Of a stretch of 64,000 nucleotides of DNA, positions 25,120-37,984 are shown piece after piece. The notes under the pieces are model-generated. The model searched no databases and was not told the DNA's origin. It saw only the letters and a program-made list of their open reading frames with translations. The translations under genes and the position numbers were made by a program. The DNA lies in contig NC_092676.1 in assembly GCF_964355755.1 (NCBI RefSeq), positions 6,301,888 to 6,365,887 on the forward strand, read 5' to 3'. This stretch comes from Antedon mediterranea. Its lineage: Eukaryota > Animalia > Echinodermata. The number at the start of each line of letters is the position of its first letter. Positions within the stretch are counted from its first letter, which is position 1.

Positions 25120-26603
25120 ATGTACTGTCAATGTATACTCGTGTTGCTCGTCCAGTGTTTGTTGGTCGATGCTTCCACAATTACTGTTGGTCCTCAGGAC
25201 ACTAATGCAATTGAAGGAGGCAACGTAACTTTGTATTGCACTGTAGACGAATTAGGATGTAACACGGTCATTTGGCATCGATATCGAGAAATATCAGTTA
25301 AATACAGTGTAAACAGAACGATAGAATCAAGGTTAGATATGCCTGATCTTTATAAAATTACTGGTGATGATGCTGAGGGAACATACAACTTGCAAATTAC
25401 AGGAGTTACCATAAACAACGAAGGAGGCGAAGAGTACCAGTGCACAATCATGAGCAATGCTGGAACGTTAGTCGATGAAAGTGATCCTGCAGCTGAACTT
25501 AATGTTTACGCGGAGCCAATGTCACCAACATGTACTGTGGAATTAAACCCTACAGTAGCTGGGGAGGATGTCGAATTTACCTGTTTTTTGCAAGTTCGAT
25601 ACCAAAGGTGGAAATGAATTTAACGAGTAATTCCAACACACTGTTGAGTGGGATTGTTGATCCTATATTTATCAATCAAGGAAGTACCAGTTCAATCTCT
25701 TTTACTGCAACACCATACGATGATGGTGCTGTGTTAAGATGCACTGTTGATAACCAGATATTCAATACGCCTTATGAATGTTCTGTTACATTGAATGTTA
25801 AACATAAACCTGTCGTTGAAATCACACAAAATGGGACGCTGTCTGATGGAAACGCTTCGTTTAAGTGTGGAGCTGTTTCAAATCCTGATGCTACTCAATT
25901 CAAGTGGAGTCTGTGTCTTGGAGACACTGACATGGAATGTATTGATCCTGGTGAAGGAACACTGACACTTGAAACAAGGGGCCTTTCAAATGAATGCGCG
26001 GTTTTTGGTTCTATGGCATATCATGTTTTTAAAAATGGAGAAAAAGAATTACCAGTATACCTCATGATAATAGATGACAATTTGATCATCCATGACAGCA
26101 TGTCGGTCACTCCATGTTTACTAGAATGCTCAGTTATGAATGAGATTGGAAAAGGTAAAGATAATTTTATCATTGATAATACTGTGTGTGTAATGGCTAT
26201 TGAACCGACAACGATTTTGGCTGAAACATCAAAACCTACGACATTTTCTCTGTTGTCAACGAGAGTATTTAGGCCTACCGATTCCGAAATGACAAGTGAT
26301 CAAATGTCAACTAAGAACCCTGTTGACTGTAGTTGTAATGGAAGTTTAGATGGTTGGGTTTACTTTATCATTGGATTTACTTGTGGTGTCCTTTGTCTTC
26401 TTGTATTTATAATGGTATTGACGCGTCTGAAACACAAAACCAACAAAGATGCTAATAAACCAGCCCAAGAAAGGACGGAAACGCCAGAACCAGAATACGA
26501 AAATGTAAACAAAATATCTCCCAACAATGACAATTACATAGACTTAACAACCAGTGACGTCACGGGCGCAAGTGCGTACATGGAATTGACACCAACATCA
26601 TAA
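25120..26603 (+). CDS. Ig-superfamily receptor C with ITAM/ITIM-like tail; one 1-nt frameshift in a T homopolymer (true pseudogene or assembly error)
   Basis: ORFs 25120-25617 and 25530-26603 join if one T is added to the T6 run at 25584-25589 (gene A has T7 there); TM WVYFIIGFTCGVLCLLVFIMVL; tail YENV, YIDL, SAYMEL. Confidence 0.8.
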
Positions 26604-27597
26604 TAACAACGAAAGCAGACAAGAGTATAATCAAGCACACACGGTGTTTGTATAATAATAGAACCAGGAAGGAAATAAACAAAACAAGTATTTAACAAAA
26701 CAATTCAGTATAGGCTAGGCCCAGATTCCGTAATACCTGCAAAGAACGCAAACCAGTTGTCCCACGCATTATTTCAAGTTCCCTCTTGTATCAACATGGA
26801 CGTTAGAATTGAATATAAACCTCTATAGTGCTTCAGGTGATAAAACGTGACAACGTTTTTTATGGAAGCAGAACGTTCGTGGAGTTTTTCTATTACCATG
26901 TAACAACTTAAATAGGTAAAAGCGTTCAAACCATTGTAATGTGAATAGAACAGCTAATTTCAGCTGCACTATGAAATAAATAATCATCTACTCTAGAGGT
27001 ATTGAACAAACAACCTCAATAAAATACATGCGCAGTGACGCAATTACACATATTCCTAAGGCACATGCCTAATGACCTGGAAGTACAAATTGAATAATTT
27101 ATACTGTTATACTGTATACTAATACAGTGTAGTGCCTCTATTGTATTACAAGACAAACAACTGAAATACCGTAAAACCCGGAAAAGAAGCCCATGGACTG
27201 GGCTTCTTTTTGAGGACTCTTGTGTGAGCCTTTTTCGAGATAGATTTGTTACGATACTTTTGCAAACTGAAAAATGAAAAATGTTGTAAATGTTGTGAAT
27301 TAATTATTGCTACAGTAGCTTTCTAGTAGAAAAATCATATGATGATATTAAAGAGGATAAAAATAAGAAAATAACGAAAAAAATTTAGAAAATGTTTAGA
27401 GATTCTGTAAGTTTTGTTTCTTAAACAAACATTGAATAATATTTTATTAATACTATCATAAATGGTTCAGTATTACTTTATTATATGCATTTATATGGTG
27501 CATCTTAGCTTATTTCATTGCTGAGGACATTTTGTTTTTGTATGTATTTCAATAAGTATGTTTTTAATAATTCTATTAACGTCTAACTATTTTCGTC

Positions 27598-29048
27598 ATG
27601 TACTGTCACTTTATACTAGTGGTTGTCCAGTGTTGTATCTGTTTGTTCATAGATGCTTCTACAATTATTGTTGGTCCTCAAGACACTATTGCAATTGTAA
27701 GAGGAAACGTAACTTTGTATTGTACCGTAGACCAACTTGGAGGTAACATGGTAATTTGGCATCGATATCAACAAACAGCAGTTAAATACAGTGAAAACAG
27801 AACGATAGAATCAAGTCTAGATATGCCTGATCGTTATAAAATTACTGGTGATGATGCTGAAGGAACATACAACTTACAAATTACAGGAGTTACCGTAGAC
27901 GACGAAGGAGGCCAAAAGTACCAGTGCACAATCATGAGTAGTGATGGTGTGTTAGTCGATGCAAGTGAGCCTACAGCTGAACTTTATGTTTATGAGGAGC
28001 CTATGTCACCAACATGTACTGTGGAATTAAACCCTATAGTAGCTGGGGAGGATGTCGAATTTACCTGTTATTTTGCAAGTTCGATACCAAAGGTGGAAAT
28101 GAATTTAACGAGTAATTCCAACACACTGTTGAGGGGGATTGTTGATCCTGTATTCGTCAATCAAGCAAGTACCAGTTCTACCTCTTTCGCTGTTACTGCA
28201 GAAGATGACGGTGCTGTGTTAAGATGTACTGTTGACAACCATATATGCAATATACCTTACGAATGTTCTGTTACATTAAATGTTAAACATAAACCTATCG
28301 TTGAAATCACACAAAATGGGATGCTGTCTAATGGAAATGCTTCGTTTAAGTGTGGAGCTGTTTCAAATCCTGATGCTACTCAATTTAAGTGGAGTCTGTG
28401 TCTTAGAGACACTGACAAAGAATGTATTGATCCTGGTGAAGGAACACTGACACTTGAAGCAAGGGGATTGTTAAACGAATGCGTAGTTTTTGTTTCTATG
28501 GTATACCATGCTTTTAAAAATGGAGAAACGAATTACCAGTGTACGTCATAGATGACAATTTGATCATCCCTGACAACATGACGGTGACGCCATGTTTACT
28601 AGAATGCTCAGTTATGAATGAGATTGGAGAAGGTAAAGATAATTTACCATTGATAACACTATATGTGTAATGGCTATTGAACCGACGACGATTCTGACTG
28701 AAACATCAATACCTACTTCATTTTCTATGTTGACAACAAAAACATTTAGGCCTACCGATTCCGAAATGACAAGTGATCAAATGTCAACTAAGAACCCTAT
28801 TGATTGTAGTTGTGATGGAAGTTTAGATGGTTGGGTTTACTTTATCATTAGATTCGTTACTTGTGGTGTCCTTTGTCTTCTTTTAGTTATTATTGTATTA
28901 GCACGTCTGAAACACAAAACATAGCTGCTAATAAATCAGCTCAAGAAAGGACGGAAACGCCAGCACCAGAATACGAAAATGTAAACAAAATATCTCCCAA
29001 CAATGACAATTACATGGACTTAACAACCAGTGACGTCACGGGCGCGCA
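27598..29048 (+). pseudogene. Ig-superfamily receptor D, disrupted
   Basis: Open through Ig1-Ig2, then 1-nt losses near 28530 and 28644 and a stop at 28922-28924; homology to gene C ends at ~29048, before the last Tyr motif. Confidence 0.8.
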
Positions 29049-30402
29049 TGTTCAGAGCTGTTAAATCTCTTTAAAATATGAATATTAACAGGTTTCGAGT
29101 GACCAGATCGTATGCACCATCATAGTGTCATGTTTACGCGCATCATGTAGGCCTCTTCCTAGACTTTGAATTTAGCTCAAGTATGAAACGCCATAAAAAT
29201 GTGCCAAAAATAATAAACCGAAACACAGTTTAGAACCTATACTTAATAGTGGATTTCAAGGTTGTGAAGTAGGAAATTTGCCTGTTAATAATGTTTTCTG
29301 TAAACAAACTACTGTGATATTATTAGGAATGAGAGACAGGAATGTTGGTATTAATGTCAGGAAAAGCTGGCTCTCATGTTTATGTTTTTAGAAAACATAT
29401 TGTGTGTTGAGAATAGTTTTCTCTCAATAGTTATTGCATTTTACCCATTCGTTCCCTAAACTAAATGAGAATGTTTTATTTTTGACAAACCTATTGTAAA
29501 AAAAAATCGAGACAACATTTCGATGCAAAATGGCCGTTGCAAACTCCGCCGCCGCTGCTGCTGCCGCCGCCGTACCAGTAGCACTACCACTACCACCACC
29601 ACTACCACTACTCCTACCAGTATCACACCACCACTAATACCATTGCCACTAGTACCAAAACCACTACTACTAATAATAATAATGATATAACTGTTTTTTT
29701 AAGATACTACTTCTACCACTACACTCTAAAAACGGGGCGGGGATATATATTTATTATTAATATCACTTTCCATTTTCTTACAAAACTTTTTACGCATCAG
29801 GACTATACATGAAAAATAATTTTAATCGTTAATTTATATTAGAACAATATCAGTATTAATTTAAAAGTGAAGTTACTTTTGATTTACAACAAACAATAAT
29901 TATATGTGTTTCAAATTTTTCTTCGCTAAACGCATTCAATTACTAAACGTTTAACATTCAGGTATATGTATTCATAAAAAAGAAATAAATAATACAACGG
30001 CAGCCAAAGGCTGAAAAGTAGTATTTTATAATATTAATAAAAAGAATATATAAGTATGTATAAATAGTAAAACTAGTTTTGTAAAAAAAAAAAATAACAT
30101 ATTACAATTTGTCCACAGGTAAGTTAAATAGTGCCAGCCTATTAAATATTCATTGAAAAATCATCATTAATGAGTCGAGCTAAGAAAGCGACTGATCGTT
30201 GTAAGATTTCTGTAGTCTGTTGAGGGCGCATACCATAATATGCTTGAGTATCGGAAGATGTTGTGCGCGCACTCGTTCGCAGTTAATGTCTTACAAACAT
30301 GCCTGATGCGTTCCAATCACCCTATATTATTATAAAAATTATAGTGTTTTGTGATAAATGAACAAACACACTCACGCACATTGCCAAATAGCCACATTGA
30401 CA

Positions 30403-31292
30403 TGTCACGATAAATATGGTCCGGGGCCAAAATCGGTTCGGCCGGACCAGTTTTAGCTCTAAAATTGTGGCCAAAAGCAGTCCGCCACTGCCAAAATCGG
30501 TCCGGGCTTTTCTTCTGTCGATTTTAATTGAATTACTAGGCCTATGATGCTGTTTTAAGTTGTTTATGGCTAGAAAAATATCCCATGATATATATTAGTA
30601 AGTTATCTTGTCGGATAAATACTATAAATAAATGTATTTTATCTAAAAACATGACTTAGGTGTTCACTCATATTTCGGCCTGCCACACACTCACATGAAC
30701 GGGTATGAGACGCTGATATTGCCAGCTAGATTTTATTTATGATTGAGGCCTTTTTCCTTCCTCAGCCTAATCAATATCGGATAATTGTTTTATAATAATT
30801 GTATTGAATTGATATATTGATTGATTAACCATAAATAATTAATAAATTAAATTGTTTTTAACATCATGGGGAAACGAAGATGTTAAAAAAGAAAAAATGG
30901 ATTAAAAACAGGCAGAGATACATATTGTATACAAAAAGCTTAACAATTAGTATTAATTATTGATGAGTTACTACTAATAATGATAATAAAAAAAAACAGG
31001 CTTAATTTATAATATTAAAATAACAAATAAATTCCCGTAGTTTTCAATAATGACTAATCATGGCCTTTTTTTTAATGATATATACATTATATTTGTAAGA
31101 CCGGACCATATTTGGCGGCCAAAAACAGTCCTACTGCCCGAACCGATTTTATCCAGGCCGGACCAGTTTTGGCGGCCAAAATTGGTCCGGCCGGACAGGT
31201 TTTGGCAGCCATAAATGGTCCCCCGGACTGATTTTGGCAGCCAAAACTGGTCCGCCGGACCGATTTTGGCCCGGACTGATTTTGGTGTGACA
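30403..31292. mobile_element. Ginger-like MITE (TGT...ACA ends, 4-bp TSD) with subterminal CCGGACCGATTTTGG repeats
   Basis: TSD GACA at 30399-30402 and 31293-31296; termini TGTCAC / GTGACA; many internal inverted CCAAAATCGGTCCGG units. Confidence 0.75.
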
Positions 31293-31369
31293 GACACCTT
31301 GCCACTTTGCAACCTCAACACTAATACTGTGGAGAATTACCTTTTAAAAGTTACCTTGAGTTTTACATG

Positions 31370-32184
31370 CTGACTACTTTGTTTCATTCTGTCTGTCATT
31401 CTATCTACCTACTACCGAACCAGATATACATTTCTACACTGATGAAGATCTAAATCTCTCTGTACGACCAAACGGGATTTCGAGTCGAGGCTTACACGCA
31501 TAACCCATGGTTCTGCTAATGTCACAAACAGGGGGAAGAATGCTTCTAAATGTATCAGACTTTATTAATCCTTTACCAAATTTCAGTAAGAATTGGACTC
31601 TTCTGTTAACTAGCGATGGAAGGTCTGACAATTTGAGAGCAGGCTTGTAGGATACATAGTTTATGTGTAGAGTTCTTTTGTGAACTCTTTCTATTAACTT
31701 AGTTTGGTTCTTCGCAAATGCGTATTCAACTAAGAGACGTATGTAGCAAGTATACTTGTAGTAGATCTTAAGGCGCCTTGTCTTTCTTAAGTATAATCAA
31801 AGTGTACAAACGTCGACATGCTTTAGCAACGATATCATGAATATGCATATCCCATTTAAGGTCATCCTGCAAGGTGACACCAAGCAGTTTGATGTGATTT
31901 AAACATTTAAGATCATGGTCATTTAGATTGAATCTGAGAGAAGGACAGCCGGATTTGAGGAAGGAAATACGCATCACATTGCACTGCACTAAGAACTCTT
32001 ATCTATGAAACAGCAATCATTAAGTTGATTTAAAGTGTCCTGCAACAATTGGAATTGTCTATCATTACTTTTAACCACTTCACTAATAGTGCGGTCGTCC
32101 ACATATTTCCACCGTCTGTCAGTTCCATCAGCAACATCATTTACTAATACCAAAAAGAGAAGGGGCCCAACTTCGTGCCCTGAA
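31370..32184 (-). mobile_element. 5'-truncated non-LTR retrotransposon RT fragment (CR1/L2-group)
   Basis: QGT.LGP.LFLVLVND..WKYVDD; LLGVTLQDDLKWDMHI..KACRRLY; RTERFRSS; frameshifted. Confidence 0.8.
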
Positions 32185-33920
32185 ATGTTTGAATGGTAAA
32201 ACGCGTTGAATACCTAAGCACATTATTGGTAAACACGTTGATTGGCTAAGCACGTTTTTGTAAACATGTAAATAACCTAAGCGCATTAAATCTAAACCCG
32301 TTTAGCAATTAAACGCGTCAAAAAAGAGGGGACAATCATCGTGTGGAGTTTGTGTTTATACTCTAAACACTGTTTTTAGAGTGTACCACTACCACTACCA
32401 CTTATCACTACTACCATTAGCATTAGTACCAATACTACTACCACTATCATTATCAATACTACTACCACTCCTACCACTGCCCTACTACCAACACCACCAC
32501 TAATACTTATAAAAATGATATAACTATTTTTTTTCAGATACATATCGGAAAACCATATACTTGGCATTGAACCTTCCCACCTTTGTAAATACGCAGTTAA
32601 ATGTATTGTAAGTTTGTTGAAATAGAAATAATTATGTTCCAATGTAATTGAAAGGTTTGCATAGAGAAAAAAAAATAACACAAAATTAAAATTCCTATCA
32701 TATAATTCAAGGCCATATACATGATTGCAGTCGCGTGTTCAAGTTAGTGTTTACCGACCAACCGACCGACCAACATCACCGACACCGATGTCATATGAGT
32801 GGTAGCCCCAAAGAGGCCAAATTGTAATTTATTGTTAAGCTTTAGTAGTATTTAGCATTGCATGTACAGTATATATATATAAATTATGGTTATATCTCAG
32901 ATATACCGCGAAACGTAGATTTGATATCATTAGTTTCCACTATTACAATATTGTTCCATATTTCTATCTTAGGAAGATATTATAAAGGGTTTTATAAGAA
33001 CATTTCTGATCTCAATCGGTACATTTTAACTCTACGCGCGGTAGAAGTAATTTCGGGGTTCACAAGGTGTGTCAATCACCTTGCAAGTTTCCTGCATTGT
33101 TGGTTTCAACCAGGGAGTTGTAAAACAACTCCCTGTTTCAACTAAGTTGATAGCTATTTTGTTTTTTTGTTTCTTTTTAAAGCGGGCGTGTGAAGGTATC
33201 GTAGTACATAAAGATCAAAATAAATATATTCATAAACCATAGGAGTAAATTGTAGGAAATAATTATATAAAATTACACCGAGAGAATTGATGATAAGAGC
33301 TTTTGTTTGAAATCTAATGAAACCTCGATAGTCGAGTTGTTGAGTAAGCTGCCAGGACTTTATGTATACTGTACGTTATCTGTCTCCCGTTATGACCCTG
33401 GAATACTTCTGCCCATGTTGCAAGCCGTCTAAAACGTCTTCCTTCTTATGCCAAAACGGCTCACTGTGTCGCAGAATAATGTATTAATTATACCAATTAG
33501 GATGGTATTTATTTGAATAAACGCCCGGGACACCTTCCCAATAAAACGTAAATTAATAATTACCCCCCCCCCCCTCTCCTCCAACTACCATCTAATAAAC
33601 GCCCATCCATATTTATACACAAAATATTGTATCATATTTATAACACAATTATACTATTTTTAGTAGATTTTATCGGACTGTATCTACAATTTAACAAGCA
33701 TTTGTTATTCTTTTTTACCACTTTTTATATCTACTAGAGGATTTTATTTGTAGTACCATATTAGTAAAACTAAAAAAATTAACATGTCCTTCAAATAAGC
33801 ACCTCCCTCAAATTAACTCCGCCTCCCCACATCCACCAAACAATAAACACTATACGTAAAACGTTATTAATCATCTAAGACACTGTGAAACAGGATATTT
33901 GTGTGTAAATATATATATAT

Positions 33921-36235
33921 TTGAAGTGTTTAATCGAGAAGACTGAGTCGTTCCTTAGAAGAGTTCGATGGAAAGCATATTTTTTTCTTAACCCGCAACC
34001 GCAAACATCAACAAAGAATGAAACGTATGGATGTAAAACATCTACATCTCCGAAACCCGTAGTGGAGCTTTGTGAATTTGAAGAAAAAATGTTAAATCTT
34101 GTCAGAAATGTTCAATTCAAGAATTGCAACAGCGAATTCCAAGATAAATTGCTAGAAGATGTCAACAAAATCAAAAAAGACAACAAGCTAATAATACCCG
34201 CCGACAAAACAACGAATTTTTATCGAGTCGATACCCCAGTATACAACAATCTACTCAACAACAATGTTACAACATCTTATAAGAAGACGAACAAAACCAC
34301 AACTTCTAAATTAGCCAGAGATGAATATGAAACCGCCGCAAAACTAAAATTGGAAAGCAGAATCGAGCGTTTAGCCGAGAAGGAAGCTTTTATAACACTA
34401 AAAGACCACAAACCCAACTTCGAGAACAATCCGACATGTAGATTGATCAACCCATCGAAATCAGAAATTGGCATCGTAAGTAAACAAATCCTTGAAAGAA
34501 TAAATAAGAAAATAATAGCGTCTACAGGATTAAATCAATGGAAGAACACTAATTCTGTTATCGAATGGTATAAGAACATTCAAAACAAGGAGAAGCACTC
34601 GTTTATTTGCTTCGACATAGTTGATTTCTACCCGTCAATAACCAGTGACCTACTTAAAAAAGCCCTTGAATTCGCCTCCGAGTTTGAAGCAATCTCCGAT
34701 GAAGAAACAAATATTATTATCCAAGCGAAAAAGTCACTCCTTTTCCATGATAACGCTACATGGTGCAAAAAAGGAACTGAAAACCAACCTGTGTTTGACG
34801 TCACAATGGGAAGCTTTGATGGTGCTGAAACCTGTGAAATCGTAGGTACATATCTTTGTCGCAACTGTCTAACAAATATGGCAACCAAATTGGTCTATAC
34901 CACCGCGACGATGGCCTAGCCGCGTTTCGCGAATCAGCCAAAACGATTAAGCTAATCAAGAAAGATATTTGTAAGGTTTTCCAGGAGAACAACCTCAAGC
35001 TAACAATTGATGCTAACAAGAAAATAGTCAATTATTTGGATGTAACGTTCGACCTAAGGACAGGGATCTTCCGACCTTTCACTAAGCCTAATAACAAACC
35101 AACCTACGTGCACCATGACAGCAACCATCCTCCATCTATTATCCGAAACATCCCACTTGCTATAAATAGACGCCTTTCTGACATCTCATCAGACAAAGAT
35201 ACATTCCATGCATCTGCACCCCTATACCAGGAAGCCCTCAAAGAAAGTGGATACAATCATCAACTTGAGTTCAATGCTGAACAGCAGAAGCCCAAAAAAT
35301 CACGTACCAGAAACATAATTTGGTTTAACCCACCATTCAGCAAAAACGTAGCAACCAACATCGGCCACAAGTTTTTAGCTATAGTAGAAGATTGTTTTTC
35401 TGCCGGCAACAAGCTCAGAAAAATATTTAACAAAAATACCTTGAAACTAAACTACAGTTGCATGCCCAGCGTAGACAAAGTAATTAACGCACACAACAAA
35501 TATGTGATAGCCAAAGAAAAGTCTACTGAAACCAACGCGAAAACAAGCGGATGTAACTGCCGCAATCCCAATGAATGCCCGCTCCCAGGTAACTGCCTAA
35601 CAAAAGGTGTAGTTTACCAAGCTACAGTAAAGAGAGAAGATTCATCAAAAGAAGAAACATATGTCGGACTAACTGAAAACCAGTTTAAAACCAGATACAT
35701 AAACCATACGTCTTCATTCCGGAACGAAAAACTAAGAAATGCAACGGAACTCAGTAAATATATATGGACACTCAAAGACTCTAAAACAAATTACTCAATT
35801 AAATGGAAAATTATAAAGAAATGCAAACCTTACTCAAATATTAACAAAAGATATAATTTATGTATATATGAAAAGTATGTTATTATATGTCAACCAGAGC
35901 TATGCTCACTGAACCGTAAGAACGAGTTAGTCTCTACTTGTAGACATAGGAAAAAATTCTTACTAAATTGCAGATCCAAACAGTTTATCTAAAACAATAG
36001 GCTATTGTATACGACTTCCTGATGACTCACTTTTATTAAGCACTATGAGACAACTGTGTCACTTATGTTTTATATTTCACCCGAAGAGTGCGGCCAGCTA
36101 CATGCTGGTCGTACGAAACAAATTTGTAGTGATTAAAACAATGAAGTAACCAAGTTTTCTGCTGTTATTTTATTTATTTATGCTCTACCTTGGTATTGAA
36201 CACTCTATCCAAACGGTCTGAAAATTTCAACCTGA
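33921..36235 (+). mobile_element. Penelope-like element family 1 (RT + C-terminal GIY-YIG; Naiad-like), 5'-truncated, flanked by (TA)n
   Basis: RT motifs PADKTTN, FDIVDFYPSI, MGSFDGAE, YHRDDG, YLDVT; WFNPP; CNC..CPL.GNC; VVYQ..YVGLTE..FKTRY; frameshift near 34856. Confidence 0.92.
36077..36132 (+). ncRNA. Type I minimal hammerhead ribozyme in the PLE 3' UTR (core mutated to CCGAAGA)
   Basis: Same fold as the 49597 copy but with a U-to-C change in the CUGANGA box. Confidence 0.65.
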
Positions 36236-36262
36236 ATATATATACTGTATATATTTATTTTT

Positions 36263-36490
36263 TGTGGCAAACAGTACGTCGGAGAAACAAAAAATACTCT
36301 CCGTATGAGAATGACACAACATAGATCAGCTATTAAAACATTAAAGCTTGATCAACCTGTAGCCGAACATTTTAATTCAGCTGGTCACTCGATTGCAAAT
36401 TTCAGAGTTATTGCAATAGATCACAATGTCAAATGGAGCGACAAAACTCGCAAAGACAAAGAAAACCACTGGGAATTACTACTTAAAACA
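36263..36490 (+). mobile_element. Penelope-like family 2 GIY-YIG fragment
   Basis: CGKQYVGETKNTLRMRMTQHRSAI..VAEHFN; near-identical to 46934-47160. Confidence 0.85.
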
Positions 36491-36611
36491 TAATCACCAT
36501 CATACAATGTTATTACCTCATTGATACATATTAATATGTCTATACATACCTGTACATACATACAAATACAAAATGCAAAATGGTATACAACAACGTTGTT
36601 TACCAAACGTA

Positions 36612-36850
36612 TGGAGTGAGTGAGTGGCCGAGCGGTTAAGACAGTGGAACCGTAATTAAGTAGCCATAACATCGGCAGGGGTTCGAGGCTCACTCGCTCC
36701 ATGGTGCTGGTGGTAGAACGAGTCTTCTCGGATAAGGACTATAAACCGTATGTCCAGTGTACACAAAGATCATGCGCACTTTAAAGAACCTAGTACATTT
36801 TTCGAAATGAGTAGGGGGTTACCCCAGTGTACTAGTCCACATAATCACAG
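36612..36850 (+). mobile_element. Deu/Nin SINE, 3'-truncated copy
   Basis: Reverse complement of 10410-10643. Confidence 0.8.
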
Positions 36851-36905
36851 CCACTGTGCAAATTGGGTCTGGACCGTTTTGGGCCTGTTCGTAAGGGTTG
36901 AAAAT

Positions 36906-37984
36906 GGGTGTCAGGAAACCTAAGACCACGAAAGCTAAGACCCCCTAAGACCTAAGATCACGAAAGCTAAGACCCAAGACCTAAGATTACAAATTCTAAG
37001 ATATATTACCGCTTAAAAACAATATTTGTTTATCCATACATAATTTTAAACACAGTAGGTTTCATTTATTACCATAAATATAATTAAATACTACCGCAAA
37101 ACATAGATAAACTCACATTATTTTCGCCCGTTGAGTAAATGTCTATTTTTTTCTTTACAACAAACAACCCGTTGTTTGTTGGTATATATTTACTCCATTG
37201 TGTTGGTTCAGAGGATGTTTTTCTTACGCATCTGCCTTTCTTGTATTTTGACTCCAAATTTGTTGACTAACTTTATCCTGAATACCACACTTTAAAATTA
37301 GGATTTAAAAGTACTTTCAGAAGGAGAAACACATAAAAACAAATAAATAAATCCTTTAAATTGATGATTTTACAGACATGTTTCTTTGTATACTGTAACT
37401 CATCGAGCTCCCGGCCCCCCACACATGCTCAATGTTTTTGTTTCTATGGAGCGCCAAAAGAGCAACAATAATAGTACAAGTATAAAAACAAAAAGAAAAC
37501 GAAAAAAATCATGATTTTTAAATTAAAATTGATTTGCCAGTATTTATTTCTTCGTGATTATACTATTATCATTACAATTTTAATTTTACATTGTTCCATC
37601 CACACTGTAGATGGACTCCACAGAGTTTTCAGCCCTCTATATAATTTTTGCTCTTTTGACGTTCCATAGAAACAAAAACATTGAACATGGGGTAGGCGTA
37701 CACTGCTACTGTACTGTAGGCAATGCGAAATTCGCAAACAGTTTGTGTGCGAGAAAAACATCTGTAAAATCATCAATTTAAAAATGTATTTGTTACTTTT
37801 TATGTGATTCCTTTTCATAAAAGTGCCAATTCTAAGGTGTGGTATTCAGAATAAATGTTGGGAGTTAAAATACAAGGCAGGTGCGAAAGATAAATATTTG
37901 TAATCTTAGGTCTTGGGTCTTAGCTTTCGTGATCTTAGGTCTTAGGGGGTCTTAGCTTTCGTGGTCTTAGGTTTCGTGACACCC
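36906..37984. mobile_element. MULE/foldback-type MITE with ~88-bp repetitive TIRs and 10-bp TSD
   Basis: TSD GGTTGAAAAT at 36896-36905 and 37985-37994; TIRs built from CTAAGACC units; additional internal inverted segments (37270-37470 vs 37640-37880). Confidence 0.85.

Larger units (their letters stand above)
29722..32383. mobile_element. CACTA/EnSpm-like non-autonomous element with TA flanks, hosting nested insertions
   Basis: TA|CACTCTAAAAAC at 29720-29733 and GTTTTTAGAGTG|TA at 32372-32385; TAAACGC/TAAGCAC-type subterminal repeats near 29920 and 32200-32320. Confidence 0.6.

Noticed and set aside
14408-29048. V(D)J-style rearranging locus served by the RAG-like fragment
   Set aside because: Genes are complete single ORFs, not segments; isolated CACAGTG matches (e.g. 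near 5515, 11733, 51347) lack a properly spaced nonamer; no RAG core seen.
31058-31321. Repetitive-peptide ORFs
   Set aside because: Translations of the subterminal repeats of the Ginger-like MITE.
35993-36070. SECIS element in the Naiad-like 3' UTR
   Set aside because: No in-frame TGA in the visible ORF and no convincing SECIS stem by eye.
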